Positions 12,812 through 26,099 of a DNA stretch of 47,573 bases are shown here, piece after piece. The stretch is taken from positions 62,001 to 109,573 of the forward strand of contig MU053611.1 in the NCBI GenBank assembly GCA_013239625.1, in the 5' to 3' direction. The translations under genes were made by a program, and so were the position numbers. Each line of letters begins with the position of its first letter. Within the stretch, counting starts at the first letter, position 1. The notes beneath the pieces were generated by a model that was not told the DNA's origin, made no database searches, and saw only the letters and a program-made list of their open reading frames with translations. Origin of the DNA: Lama guanicoe. Lineage: Eukaryota.

Positions 12812-13190
12812 TGGTCAGCAAATATTACTGAGCACCTACACGTGATACTTGTATGTTTGTGGCTTTGAGGACACAGAGGTGAATGAAACAGCAAAGACTC
12901 AGTTTTGTTCAGCAGTGGGAAAAGGCAGACAATAAACAGATAAATACGCATATAGTGTGCAGGTGGTAATAACCACTATGAAGAAAATTCAAGAGGAAGA
13001 TAAGGAGGTGGAGTGATGTGAACAAAACGCTGGTGAACTATTTTACATGGGATGTCATGGAAAGTGACTTTCATAAGGTGACATTCAATAGAGATCTCAA
13101 AGAAGTGTCTGTGTGAATCTTGTTTTTTGGAAAGAGCATTGCATAGAAAGAGAAACAGAAAATTAAGAAACACTGAGGGAACAGACTATT
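12812..13190 (-). mobile_element. L2a 3' end
   Basis: cagcaaatattactgagcacctac...gcagacaataaaca. Confidence 0.65.
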
Positions 13191-13284
13191 TTTAAAGGGT
13201 GCTCAGTGAAAAATATTTAAGTGGTAAGTCCACTAAGAATGTAAGTTGTCTTCGTAGAAAATGTTGCCAATTGCATTACCTTTT

Positions 13285-13746
13285 CTTCATTAACTACATT
13301 GAGGTATAATTTATATTAGTAAAATAAACACATTAAGTGCATATCATGATAAATTTCAAGTGTGTATACCCACATGATCATTACCAAAATAAAGACAGAA
13401 AGTTCTCTTGTATCCCTTTACACTCAAATTCCATGCCCCTACCTACCCTAATCTTAGTCCTATCACAATAGATTCATTTTGTTTGCCTTAGAGCTTCACT
13501 GAAATAAAGTCATTTTTGTGTTTCTGGTTTCTTTCAGTAAGCATGCATATTTGAAATTTATCCATGCTAATACATGTATAAATATTTCTTTTCATTGCTG
13601 AGTGGGATTTCATTATACAAGTATAATCACAATTTGTTTGTCCATTCATATGCTGATGGACATTTGAGAACTTTGTGTTCTTGGCAATTATGAACAAAGC
13701 TGCTAAAAGCCTTGGTGTATAGGTGGTTTTGTGGAGATAAGTTTTC
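13285..13746 (-). mobile_element. Old L1M 3' end
   Basis: ttgaggtataattt...gctgatggacatttg...attatgaacaaagctgct. ORF 13488 resembles the L1 ORF2p C-terminus (AALFIIAKN). Confidence 0.75.
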
Positions 13747-14428
13747 AGCATCTGACCTCAGCCTCCAGAGGGAGCCTGACCAGCATACCCACCATGTAAG
13801 AGCACAACACCCGCTGTGTTGGGAGGGGGCGCAATCTGCTTGCCAACAGGCACTGGGAGCAGCACAGACCAGAGGTGCTAACGGGGGCCTCTGGAAGCAA
13901 CAAGCTGAGTTCATGAAACAAGGCAAAGACAGAAAGACCTACTCATAAAATCATTAAGAGAGCACAGTCTCTACAGGAACACATCCACATTTTTTTTTCT
14001 TTTTTTCTCATATATATTTTCTTTAACTTTTTAAATATTTACTTTTTAAACAATTGTGTATGTCTATGTTTTTAATTCCTTTAAAATGTTTCTTTTAAAA
14101 TATTTCTATTTTTATTATTTTTTTAAACTCGTTTCAATTTCAGTTTTATTTCCCTTGGCTTTGTTCTCCTATTATTGATTACGCTCAGTTTTCAAACTTT
14201 TTGTTCTTTCCCCCTCTTTTAAGATTTTTACAATACGTCCCAACTCAATTTTTATTTCGCTTCAACTTGTTCTTCTGTTATTGGTTATACACAGTTTTCA
14301 AAAGTTTTATTTCTTGTTTTTTAAAATTTTCTTTTTTTTTAAGTAATGCTTTAGATAGATAAATAAATAAACTCCTTAAGGGCCACAATAGATGACTGAT
14401 ACTCCTTAAGCAACAGTGCCAGAGAGAT

Positions 14429-15330
14429 ATGAGCAAGATGAAGAAGCACAGGAACCATTCCCAATTAAAAGAACAAGAGAAATCCCCTGAAAGAATGATG
14501 AATGAAATAGACTTTGATGGCCTACTAGATCAAGATTTCAGAAAAGGGGTGCTAAAAAGTACTGAAGGAACTAAAAGAGATAGTGTTTAGAGACATAGGA
14601 TATGTCAAAAATGAAACTAAAGCTATAAACAAGAGCCAATTAAAATTGGAAAACACATTTGCTGAGATGAGAACTGATCTAAAGGCTGTACAAAGCAGGC
14701 TAGATAATGCAGAGGAACGAATAAGTGACCTAGAAGACAGGACAACAGAAAGCACCCAATCTGAACAGCTGAGAGAAAAACAAATAAAAAACAATGAAAA
14801 CAATGTAAGGGACCTATGGGATAATATAAAGCGTGCCCATCTATGCATAATAGGGGTTCCAGAAGGGGAAGAAAGAACAAAGGGGATTGAAAAGGTATTG
14901 GAAGAAATCATGACTGAAAACTTCCCAAACCTAAAGAAAGAATCAGATATCCAAGCACAGGAGGCTCAGAGGGTCCCAAACAGGAAGAACCCAAACAGAC
15001 CCACACCAAGACATACCATAATCAAGATGGCCAGAGTCAACGATAAAGAAATGATCCTAAAGGCAGCAAGAGAAAAACAAAGAGTGAGTTACAAGGGAAC
15101 CCCCATAAGGCTCTCAGCTGATTTCTCAACACAAACTCTACAGGCCAGAAGGGAGTGGCAAGAAGTATTCAAAGTCCTGAATGAAAAAAAGATGCAGCCT
15201 AGGATACTTTATCCAGAAAGGCTATCCTTTAGGATAGAAGGAGAGATAAAGAACTTCACAGACAAGGAAAAACTAAGAGTCTAGTAAAACTAAACCCATG
15301 CTAACAGAAATATTGATAGAGCTACTCTAA
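14429..15330 (+). pseudogene. L1 ORF1p (frameshift near 14555, premature stop at 15282)
   Basis: ATG at 14429. ORF 14583-15284 has the conserved RPTPRHTIIKM, PIRLSADFS and QPRILYP motifs. Confidence 0.92.
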
Positions 15331-15741
15331 ATAGAAAAGAAGCAGTATGCTACAGAAATGAGAAACTCATAAATGAAAAGGTGATAACTACCATGAATTA
15401 CAAACAGAATAAACACATAATTGTAAAAGAAGACATCTAAATCATTAAGCGTGGGAGTGGGAGACAATAAAATATAGAATTTTTTTTCTTCTTTTTTTAA
15501 AAAAATTCTTTGTTCTTGGTAGGATGGGTTTGAGATTATATTACTATCTGTTGAACACAAATAGTTACAGTAACAGGTTAATATACATATAAAAGAGGGT
15601 AACCACAAGCCAAAAACTTACAAGTGAGTCACAAAAACTAAATAAAATCCTTGAAAATACAAAGGAAAACTACCAAACCACAAAAGGAAGAAGAAAGGAA
15701 CAAAGAGGAAATACCAAATCAACTGCAAAACTAAGTTCAAA

Positions 15742-18700
15742 ATGGCAATAAACACTCATCTATCATTAATTACTGTAAATGTCAATGGACTAAATGCTCC
15801 AGTCTAAAGACGTAGAGTGGCAGACTGGATAATAAAGCAAGAACTTTCAATACGCTGCATACAAGAGACCCACTTCAGGGAGAAGGACATATATAGATTG
15901 AGAGTGAAAGGATGGAAAAGGATAGTCCATGCAAATGGAAAAGCCAAAAAAGCAGGTATAGAAGTACCGCTTTCAAACAAAATAGACTTTAAAACAAGGG
16001 CCATAAAAAAAATAAAAAAGGACATTTTGTAATGATTAAAGGAGTAAGACAAGATGAGGATATTACAATCATTAATATATATGCACCAAACATAGGAGCA
16101 CTTAAGTACATAAAACAAATACTAACAGAGATAAAGGGGGAAATCGATGGGAATACAATCATTGTCGGAGATTTTAACACCACATTAACATCACTACACA
16201 GAACTTCCAGACAGAAAATAAATAAGGCAACAGAGAAATTAAATGATACAATAGAAAAATTAGATTTGGTGGATATTTTCAGAACATTACACCTCCCAAA
16301 AATAGCATATACATTCTTTTTAAGTGCACATGGAACATTTCCTAGGATTGATCATGTACTTGGGCACAAAAGAAGCCTCAGCCATTTTAAGAAGATAGAA
16401 ATTATCTCAAGCATCTTTACTGACTACAAAAAATGCCATGAAACTAGAAATCAATTACAGAGTAACAAAGGAGAAAAAAAATGAAAGCACGGAGATTAAA
16501 CAACATGCTATTAAAAAACCAATGGGTCAAAGATGAAATCAAAGTTGAAATTAAAAACTACCTTCAGACAAGAGAAAATGAAAACACAACAACACAAAAC
16601 TTATGGGACGCAGCAAAGGCAGTGCTAAGAGGGAAGTTTATAGCGATACAGGCCTTCCTCAAAAAAGAAGAGCAATCTTAAATGGACAATCTAACCTAAC
16701 AGCTAAAAGAACAAGTAAAAGAAGAGCAAAAACACCCAAAAGTCAGCAGAAGGAAGGAAATAATAAATATCAGGGAGGAAATAAATAAAACAGAGATTTA
16801 AAAAACAATAGAAAAAAAAAAAAAGTCAAACCAAAAACTGAGTTTTTGAAAGAATAAATAAAACTGACAAACCTCTGGCCAAACTGACAAAGAAGAAAAT
16901 AGGCAAAATAAGAAAGGAAAATGGAGAAATTACAAACAATAACACAGAAATACAGAATATCATATAAGAATATTATGAACAACTATATGGAAACAAAATG
17001 GATAACCTAGAAGAGATGGACAAGATACTGGAAACATACAGTCTACCAAGACTGAATCAAAAAGAAACCGACCACTTGAACAAACCAATCACTAGAAATG
17101 AAATCCAATTAGCAATAAAAAAACCTCCCTAAAAATAAAAGTCAGGACTGGACGGCTTCACCGGGGAATTCTACCACACATACAGAGAAGAACTTGTACC
17201 AGTCCTTCTCAAACTCTTCCAGAAGACTGAAAGAAGGGAATATTGCCAAACTCATTCTATGAAGCCACCATCACCCTGATACCAAAACCTGGCAAAGACA
17301 CTACCAAAAAAGAGAACTATAGGCCAATAACACTGATGAACATAGACGCAAAAATCCTGACCAAAATATTACCAAATAGAATCCAACAGCACATAAAAAA
17401 GATTATACACCACAATCAATTGGGGTTCATCCCAGGGACACAAGGATGGTTCAACATATGTTAATCAATCACTGTACTACATAACATCAACAAGAGAAAG
17501 GACAAAAACCACATGATCATCTCAATAGATGCAGAAAAAGCATTTGATAAAATTCAAAACCCATTTATGATAAAATTCAAATCCATTTATGATAAAAAAA
17601 AAACCCATCTATGATACCAAAGTGGGTATAGAGGGAACATATCTCAACATAATAAAAGCTATATATGACAAACCTACAGCCAGCATAGTTCTCAACGGTG
17701 AAAAACTCAAAAGCTTCCCACTAAAATCTGGGACAAGACAAGGATGCCCACTATCACCACTCCTATTCAACATAGTCCTGGAAGTCCTAGTCACAGCAAT
17801 CAGACTATCACCACTCCTATTGAACATAGTCCTGGAAGTCCTAGTCACAGCAATCAGACAAGAGAGAGAAATAAAAGGGATCCAAATTGGAAAAGAAGAG
17901 GTAGAAGTGTCACAATATGCAGATGGCATGATGCTATATTTAGAAAACCCTAAAAGGTCCACACAAAAACTACTGAAACTAATCAAAGAATTCAGCAAGG
18001 TAGCAGGTTACAAGATTAACGTTCAACAATCAGTTGCATTTCTTTACACTAATGATGAATCAACAGGAAAAGAATGTATAGAAACAATCCCCTTTAAAAT
18101 AGCATCCAAAGGTAATAAAATACCCAGGAATAAATCTAATCAAAGAGTTGAAAGACTTATGCACAGAGAACAATAAAACATTTTTGAAGGAAATTAAACA
18201 AGACTTTAAAAATTAAAAGATCTCCCATGCTCCTGGATTGGAAGAATCAATACTGTTAAAATGGTCACACTGCCCAAGGCAATCTGCAGATTTAATGCAA
18301 TCCCTATAAAACCACCCAGAACATATTTCACAAACCTTGAAAAAAGTCATAATACAATTTAAATGGAATCACAAAAGACCTAGAATTGCCAAAGCATTAC
18401 TGAAGAAAAAGAAAGAGACTGGAGGAATAACTCTCCCAGACACAGACAATACTACAGAGCTACAGTAATCAAAACAGCATGGGACAAAAACACATATGGA
18501 CTAATGGAACAGAACAGAGAGCCCAGGAATTAACTCACAAAATTTTGGTCAACTAATCTTTGACAAACGAGGCAAGAACATACAATGGAATAAAGACAGT
18601 GTCTTCAGCAAATGGTATAGGGAAAACTGGACAGCAGCATGTAAAGCAATGAAGCTAGAAGACTCCCTTACACCATACACAAAAATAAACTCAAAATGGA

Positions 18701-19597
18701 TCAAAGGCTTACACATGAGACAAGATACAATAAACCTCCTAGAAGAAAACATCGGAAAAACATTATCTGACATACACTCAAAAATGTTCCCCTAGGGCAG
18801 TCTACCCAAGCAATCGAAATAAAAACAAGAATAAACAAGTAGGACCTAAATAAACTTAAAAGCTTTTGCACAACAAAAGAAACCATAAGCAAAACAAAAT
18901 GACAACCTATGGAATGGGAGAAAATTTTTTCAAAACATGAAAGTGACAAAGGCTTAATCTCTAGAATATATAAGCAGCTCATAGGACTTAATAAGAAAAA
19001 AAGAACAACCCAATCTAAAAATGGGCAGAAGACCTAAATGAGCAATTCTCCAAGGAAGAAATACAAATGATTAATAGGGACATGAAAAAAATGCTCAATA
19101 TCACTAATTATCAGAGAAATGCAAATCAAAACTACAATGAGGTATCACCTCACACCAGTCAGAACGTCCATCATTCAAAAGTCCATAAATGACAAATGAT
19201 GGAGAGGCTGTGGAGAAAAGGGAACCCTCCTACACTGCTGGTGGGAATACAGTCTGGTGCAGCCACTGTGGAAAACAGTATGGAGATTTCTCAAAAGAGT
19301 AGGAATACACTTACCATATGACCCAGTAATCCTACTCCTGGGCATATATTCAGAAGGAACCTTACTTCAAAAAAAACACCTGCACCCCACTGTTCATACC
19401 AGCACTATCTACAATAGCGAAGACATGGATACACCCTAAATGCCCATCAACAGATGACTGGACAAAGAAGAGGTGGTATATTTATACAATGGAATACTAT
19501 TCAGCCATAAAATGACAACATAATGTCTTTTGGAGCAACACGGAAAATGTCACCATATGTGAAATAAGCCAGAAAGAGAAAGAAAAATATCATATGA
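15742..19597 (+). pseudogene. L1 ORF2p (endonuclease / reverse transcriptase), multiply disrupted
   Basis: Endonuclease motifs (NIYAPN, IIVGDFN, RIDH) and RT motifs ([33 protein letters not shown]). The catalytic F/YADD motif reads YADG at 17916-17927. Confidence 0.95.
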
Positions 19598-20014
19598 GAT
19601 TGCTTACATGTGGAAACTAAAAAAAAAACAAAAAGACAAAACAAAACAAGAAACAAACAAACAAAAAAAAAAAGAAAAAAGAAAAGGAAAAGACAAATGA
19701 ACATAAATACAAAACAGAAACAGGCTCATAGACATAGAATACAACTTGTGGTTGCCAGGGGTGGTGGGAAGGGATAGACTGGGAGTCCAAAATTTGTAGA
19801 TAGTGCCATGTATATATAGAATAGATAAACGAGATTATGCCGTATAGCACAGCGAAACATATGCAAGATCTTGTGGTAGCTCTTGGTGAAAAAGTACGCA
19901 ACAATGCACATATGTATGTTCATGTATAACTGAAAAATTGTGTTCTACACTGGAAATTGACACAGCATTCATTGTAAACTGCCTACAACTCAATAAAATA
20001 AAATTTAAAAAATA

Positions 20015-20200
20015 TACATTGTCTTGTGCCATTCTCAAAACAACACTTTGAAGTATGGTGTGTGATTATTTCTGTTTTCACATGATAAGACTGATGTGCC
20101 AAGAGATGGCCTGATTAAACTCATTTAGTGTACAAACAGTAGAATAGGTCAGAGTTGGAACCAAGCAGTTTAGTTCCATAGCTTATACCTGACCACTGTT
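20015..20200 (-). mobile_element. MIR remnant
   Basis: ccattctcaaaacaacactttgaagtatgg...agagttggaaccaagcagttt. Confidence 0.55.
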
Positions 20201-20487
20201 GACTCTCTCAACAGCTGACACAATCATTTTACTGAGGGAAGCAACAACTACCTCTGCTTAGAAAATTCAAGTCTAGAGAGCTTGAGTGAAGGTTGAAAAG
20301 CAAAATCTGCGAAGAAAAGGTGTGAATTATCATACAAAGATTTACAAGAGTTTTGATGTTTCTATTGTTCCACCCAGGTAAATGGGAAGTGAAGAGTCAG
20401 AACAAGGGAGAGGGGATGACTGGAAGTGTGAAGTGATTAAATGAAAACCTTCCTGGGACTATGTGGTTGAAGGCTCAATGGGCCAGC

Positions 20488-21963
20488 GAAACTCCTCTGG
20501 ATAGAAGGCTGAAAGATATGCTGAGAGCAATGATGCCTATTTTCCCATACAGAGTTATGTTGCACGTGTGCACACACGCGCGCACACACACACACACCCT
20601 CACTTACTTTGTACAATGCAACAAGTCAAGGGCTAGATAAGATTCCTAGGAACGTGTCTTTATTAGCAGTAGCTTACATAACTTTCGCTGCTAGCCCAGA
20701 GGGTGAACAGTGACCAGATTCACTCCTTCACCTGAAAACACTTAAAAAAAAAACTTGGAAAACAATATACAAAACATCTAATTTCAGATACTGGTTGTCT
20801 TCCTGAGTTGAGGAGACTGAGTTGAGGGCCCAGTAGGGCCAAGGTAGTTAGAATTCACCTAGCAGAGTACAGGATTTCATGGACAAGGAGAGAAAAGAGA
20901 CAGAACGGATTTCAGAGACCCTCAGAGAGTCTCTCTAGGGTCTCCAGCTGAGCACTGATTACGTCAGGAAACGACCCCAATGCTGGGGAAAGAACCACCC
21001 GAAAGGAACGGAGGGAACGATCCCTGTTCACTCACACAGGGCCAGGAATAGCTGGGTTTCCACTGGTCAGGGTGGGGAATGTTGAAATCAAGGTGCACTA
21101 TGCAGAGTACTCAGATGGTATCACTTTAGTAGTGAAGCAAAATCATCCCTAGACCGAAGACTGCTCTGGTTCTACCAAAAAACACTTCAAAATTATCCTA
21201 GAAAGGATGATACTGTTTCTATCGAGCATATACTGCCTCCTGGAAAACAGCTTAAGAATATTTACAGAAATACAAAATTTCTATACCCAATACATTAAAA
21301 TTTGATAAACATATCACCAGGCATAAAAAGAAGTAGGAAAAATCAATCAATGGAAACAGATCCAGAAATGACATTAATTACAGCATTAGGAGATGTGGGC
21401 ATTAACACAGTTTTATACTGTTTTATGTTCAAAAAGGTAGAGGAAAGATTAATTATATTAAATAAAAAAGATAAAAGATACTTTAAAAAAAAGACCAATG
21501 TTGAACTTTTAGATATGAAAACTACAATGTCTGGAATGAAAAATATACTGGAAGAAATTAGAAGCAGATTAGACATTGCAGAAGAAAAGATGGGTACATT
21601 CAGAAAATTTAGCAATGTAAACTATCCTAAATGAAATAGGAACTGAAAAAAAAAAAGGAAAATTCCATGTTCCAGACGTTACTTTAGGCATTTTACATAT
21701 ATCACCTCATTCAATCTTAACAAAATGCTGGGAAGGCACTAAAATTTTCCTCATCTTACACATGAACACACAGCAGAGAGAAATTGATTAATTTGTCATA
21801 CAAATTCACACAGCAACTAAATACCTGAGCCAGCGTCAGAACACACACAGTAGGTGGCAGAATGTGCAACCTCACTTCATAAAAGCAGAATCAGTCAGGA
21901 AGCAGTTAGTCTTGAAACAGAAATTGGAGTTCTGGAAGCTTCATTTAGATCCCAAAGCCACTG
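20488..21963 (+). repeat. In-context copy of the segment duplicated at 1-1477
   Basis: Direct identity with 1-1477; continues into unique flanks on both sides. Confidence 0.95.
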
Positions 21964-22329
21964 GGCAATATCTAAACTCAGGGCAGGGTGGTATTGTGGC
22001 TTTGGTGTGGACTTTACAAAGAGCAGCTTTCAGAACTGTGTTCTGGCTGAATTCTTCAGTACTATATTTTCATTCCCTAATTCTCTTGCCTGTGCAAGTA
22101 TAGAGTTCTCCTAATTAATTTTACATCCATGGCTTTAGTTTTATTTCTATGATTTTTTGGAAGATTGTCACTTCTACTTAGTGTTGGTTTATATTGTTCT
22201 GATTCTGTTTCTTACTCTGATGATTATCAGTGCTATAACCCTATTACCTTTTCAAAGTAAATTCCTACAAAAGAATAATTATATGCAAGAAATAACAACA
22301 ATAACGATGGTAACACCCAAATACTCACC

Positions 22330-22680
22330 TCTCACTATTATTCTATTGGATATCCTTCACTTTTGCAGGACATGTATCAGGCATGTGGATTACTACACTA
22401 CGGTTATACACATGCTTATGTATTTCCTGGTGTGCACGTGCATGAGCTTCTTTACGCTGTAGGGCTAAAAGTGGAATTGCTGGGCATATGGTATGTGCGC
22501 CTTCAGCTCTAACAGACAAAGCCAAAATGTCTTCCAAGGTTGTTGGCCAAGTTATACTCCCCCAGCGTGTAAATAATTCCTGTTAATCCACAACCTCCAT
22601 AAAATTTACTATTTTGATACTCTTCGTTTATTTCCATTTGTGAGTGTGAAATGGTGTCTGATTACGAGCTTTGTTTGCAA
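22330..22680 (-). mobile_element. Ancient L1ME fragment
   Basis: agtggaattgctgggcatatggtatg...gtgtgaaatggtgtctg. Confidence 0.65.
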
Positions 22681-22879
22681 GTTGTCTCCCCTTACCTTTG
22701 CATTCCCAGAGGCTAGGAAAGTTCCACTGAGATTCAGTTGGCAATCACTGGGTACGTAGTTGTTGACTGGATACATGAAGTTGAGGATTCAGTCCAGTTG
22801 ATTAAGAGAATGGTAATGCTGTTAATAGAAATAAGGAAAAAGGGGAGAAATAAGATGAGATTGTTTCTTTGAACATCAG

Positions 22880-23009
22880 GTAAGATTTTTAAAATGAAAT
22901 AAACTGAAAACTAGTTTGTCAACTGAAAGACAGTGGCCACATCAATTGAAGAATGTCATGTATTACTGCAGTCCCTTCTTTGTATTATTGACTCCTAAAA
23001 TTTGGTCCA
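22880..23009 (+). pseudogene. Pseudo-exon
   Basis: tttctttgaacatcag|...ca|gtaagt. EECHVLLQSLLCIIDS*NLV resembles RGSL1 VDFWILAENILSIDEMDLEV. Confidence 0.5.
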
Positions 23010-23159
23010 GTAAGTAAGGATACAAGTATTTGCTACAACTTATTTTCTTAAGACTAAGTATTTTCTTCATACTAGATGAAGAAAATCATCTTGTCTTACT
23101 TAAATATTTTAAAATTTGGTAAGAAAGCAGAAGTAAATTATGTATGTGTGTCTTTTTAG

Positions 23160-23279
23160 CCATCACTGGTATTAAGTCATTGAATCTTTTTTATGATTAA
23201 GACTGCATGTTGAGATAAATGAGTCATTTGTAAGGGACCTGTCCTGATGATGAATTACCCGTTATTTCAAAGAGAAGAT
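23160..23279 (+). pseudogene. Pseudo-exon (120 nt)
   Basis: tctttttag|...gat|gtaagc. HHWY*VIESFL*LRLHVEINESFVRDL resembles RGSL1 DYYLSLLLMLRATHLQEGSRVVTL. Confidence 0.55.
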
Positions 23280-23906
23280 GTAAGCATTATTAATGCTTCA
23301 GTGTAAGAACTGTTTCACCACTAAAAAAGGAAGTGCCCTTAGAAGTGGAAAACAAAAACAAAATAAAAAAAACCTTAGGCTATAATAAGCTGACCTAGTC
23401 ATTCTGGATTCTGAAGCAAAGCAGAGTTTTGTGATTACCAGTGGATTAATAATTGCCTGTATAATTAATGTTTTAATTCACTTAGTATATTTAAACTGGC
23501 TATATTATGAGCTCTATGTTCAATGAACATTTGCTCAGACTTTCACTTTATTTTGGTTATGTCCTCCTGAGCCCATCACCATTTCAGCATGTCATTCAGA
23601 TTGTCATTTTCACACAGTTAGTTGTTTTATTATTATGGAAATTATGGTTTAAGAGTAATTTGATATTGCACTTTTCAATGTTGCGAAGGATTCTCCAAAC
23701 ATACTGCGTTTATTTTTGTATAATTTTGAACCAAAATTGTAATCTCTTTTAATATTTAGGGAAGAACTAAAGCCCTGCATAGAGTGCATTTGGCACTGAA
23801 AGTGACAGGCATTTATTCCACTGAAAGATATAATTAAATTTGAGAAATGAAAAACAGATTTGTAAGAGTCTTAAATGCTTGTATCTGTCCTTTTGTGTAT
23901 TTGCAG

Positions 23907-23996
23907 AGTTGGCTTCTGAGATTCATTAATGTTGGAGAAGTGAATCTGAATTTCAGAGGCAAAACTAGAGGAAAGGCCAAATAATGGAAAAATGAA
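23907..23996 (+). pseudogene. Pseudo-exon (90 nt)
   Basis: ttttgtgtatttgcag|...|gtagga. SWLLRF resembles the RGS-domain end SYWLPNF. Confidence 0.5.
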
Positions 23997-24116
23997 GTAG
24001 GAAAAACTAGAAGCATCCATACTTTCATTCCTTATTCACATTATTTTTTCATTCACTTCTTAGTATCTCTCTTACGAATTCACTTTTTATTATATTCAAA
24101 GTTCTCTGCTAGGCAT

Positions 24117-24558
24117 TGTTAAGGGTTGAACTGTGTCCACCTTGAATTCACATGTTGAAGTTCTAACTTCCAGTAGCTCAGAATGCGACCTTATTTGGAA
24201 ATAGGTCCTTGTAGATGTAATCAGTTAAATCAAGATGAGGTCATACTGGAGTAGAGTGCACCCATATACCAATATGACTGGTATCTTTATAAAATGGGGG
24301 AAATCTGGACGCAGACACATACATGGGGAGAATGCCCTATGAAGATTGGAGTTATGCTACCACGAGTCAAGGAACTACCAGAAACTAGGAGAGAAGCATG
24401 GAACAGACCCTTCCCTGGCACCTTTAGAGGCAGCATAACCCTGCTGACACCTTGATTTCAGACTTCTGGCCTCCAGAACCATGAGACAATAAGTTCCTGT
24501 TGTTCTAAGCTATCCAATTTGTCGTGCTTTGTCATGACAGCCCTAGCAAACTAATACA
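24117..24558 (+). mobile_element. MLT1B/C-type MaLR solo LTR
   Basis: tgttaagggttgaactgtgtcc...gaccttatttggaaatagg...cagccctagcaaactaataca, with TG...CA ends. Confidence 0.85.
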
Positions 24559-24859
24559 GGTGGCTTTATGACATGGAGGTAAGGTCAACCAATGCCAGAA
24601 GATCCAAGTTTGTACACAAGATGAGATGTGATTTCATCTGTACTGAGATGAATGAAGGAAGGGCTGAATATGGAGAACCTATAGGGTTAAGAAGAAATCA
24701 ATGTACCTAATAAATACTAGCAGTGTTAATTAATGAAAAAACAGTTAAATTGGAGAATTAAAAATATTCATAAATGCCCTGAACATTTTATTTTAATCTG
24801 AAAGACTTAAATGTACATTAATCAGTTGTTGATGCCTAGCCAAGGCTTTCTTTTTCTTT

Positions 24860-25238
24860 GACTGAAATTCAACATCATTCTTTTGGAGTAAACCACACCC
24901 ATAAGGCATCATTAAAGATTTCCAGTTTGAACATATTTAACATAGAACAAGGCCATATGTGTTTATAATCGTGCTGAGTGAATCATTCTGGATATTTATG
25001 ACATTTTTTGTCAGTCTTTTAAAGTTGACAGCCAATAACAATATTTTAAAATCTAAGTCCCATTTATCAAGTCTTTCCTTATTATTCAAATCAGTTTTCA
25101 CAGAAACAATAGTTTTCCTCTTTCACACTCATATCATATTGATTTACATAACAACAAATTACTTATGTAATGACACTGACAAGTGCAACAGATAGAAGCA
25201 GATTGGAAATCAGCGCTATTGATTTATTGATAGAAGAA
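24860..25238 (+). pseudogene. Larger pseudo-exon; 5' boundary uncertain
   Basis: Donor gaa|gtaagt at 25239. Includes ORF 24959-25195, and its end reads QIGNQRY*FIDRR (cf. RGSL1 CAGNPFRDHLKK). Confidence 0.35.
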
Positions 25239-25429
25239 GTAAGTAAGAATGCTGGCAAGCAGTCTAAGAGCTGTGAGATTTCAGTATTCTCTGGACATCA
25301 CACTTTACAGAGGAATTAAGTGGCCCGGGTTAATCTGGAAAGTTGAGTCATCAGAGATTTATTAAAAGAGTTTCAAATAGTATTTAAAAAGGGCAAAGGT
25401 ATAAAAGAAGAGGAAACAGATGAGCAGGA

Positions 25430-26010
25430 GCACTGAACAAAATCTACTGTTAACTGACAAGTATGAGTTAAGCGCAGACTACGTTTTACGCACTGGAGTT
25501 ACATGAAGGAAGGAAATTAATCCCCTGTTCTCAAGGAGCTTATATTCTTAATAAACATGTTACTATATCATTAACTGAGGTGTACTGAAGGCTGAAAAGA
25601 AAAATAAACCAGAGTAGGCAAGGAAGAAAATGAGTGCTTTTCTTAGATGTTTGTTAATAAGGGCCTCTCTGATAAGGTGAGATAAATCTAAGTAGAGACA
25701 TTAAAGTAAAGGAGTCATCCATAAGGATATCTTTCCAGGCACAGAGAGGAATGAAGTGGCATTAATCACAGACAAGTAAAGAGACCACTGTGGCAGAGGA
25801 AAGTGAGCATGGTGGGGAGTGGAAGAAATTGAAGCAGTGATTTGCAGAGGCTGAGAACGAGGGTGGAGGATGCAGATCATGAGAGTCCTTGCAGGAAGAG
25901 AGTTCATTGGAGGGATTTTAGCAGACAGCAAAATGTTCTTTTTATTTCTTTTTTTCTCCAAAAGCATCATTCTGTTGACTGTGTGGAAAATAAACCAGAG
26001 ATGAGAGCTA
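25430..26010 (-). mobile_element. L2 fragment
   Basis: cccctgttctcaaggagcttatattct...ggcctctctgataaggtga...gtggaggatgcagatcatg. Confidence 0.65.
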
Positions 26011-26099
26011 GCAATAGTGGAATTGGTATTTACAAACTAGACTCTGCTAAGCCCAGATCATGCCAATCTGGTCCCCATTCAGCTCACAGACATCTTCAA

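Larger units (their letters stand above)
13747..20012 (+). mobile_element. Near-full-length, defective, lineage-specific (camelid-type) LINE-1
   Basis: Partial 5' UTR, ORF1, inter-ORF spacer, ORF2 and 3' UTR with aataaa and an A-rich tail at about 19992-20012. Confidence 0.95.

Noticed and set aside
23076..23118. AG/GT-bounded micro-exon
   Set aside because: It would leave a 41-nt intron before 23160, too short for a mammalian intron.
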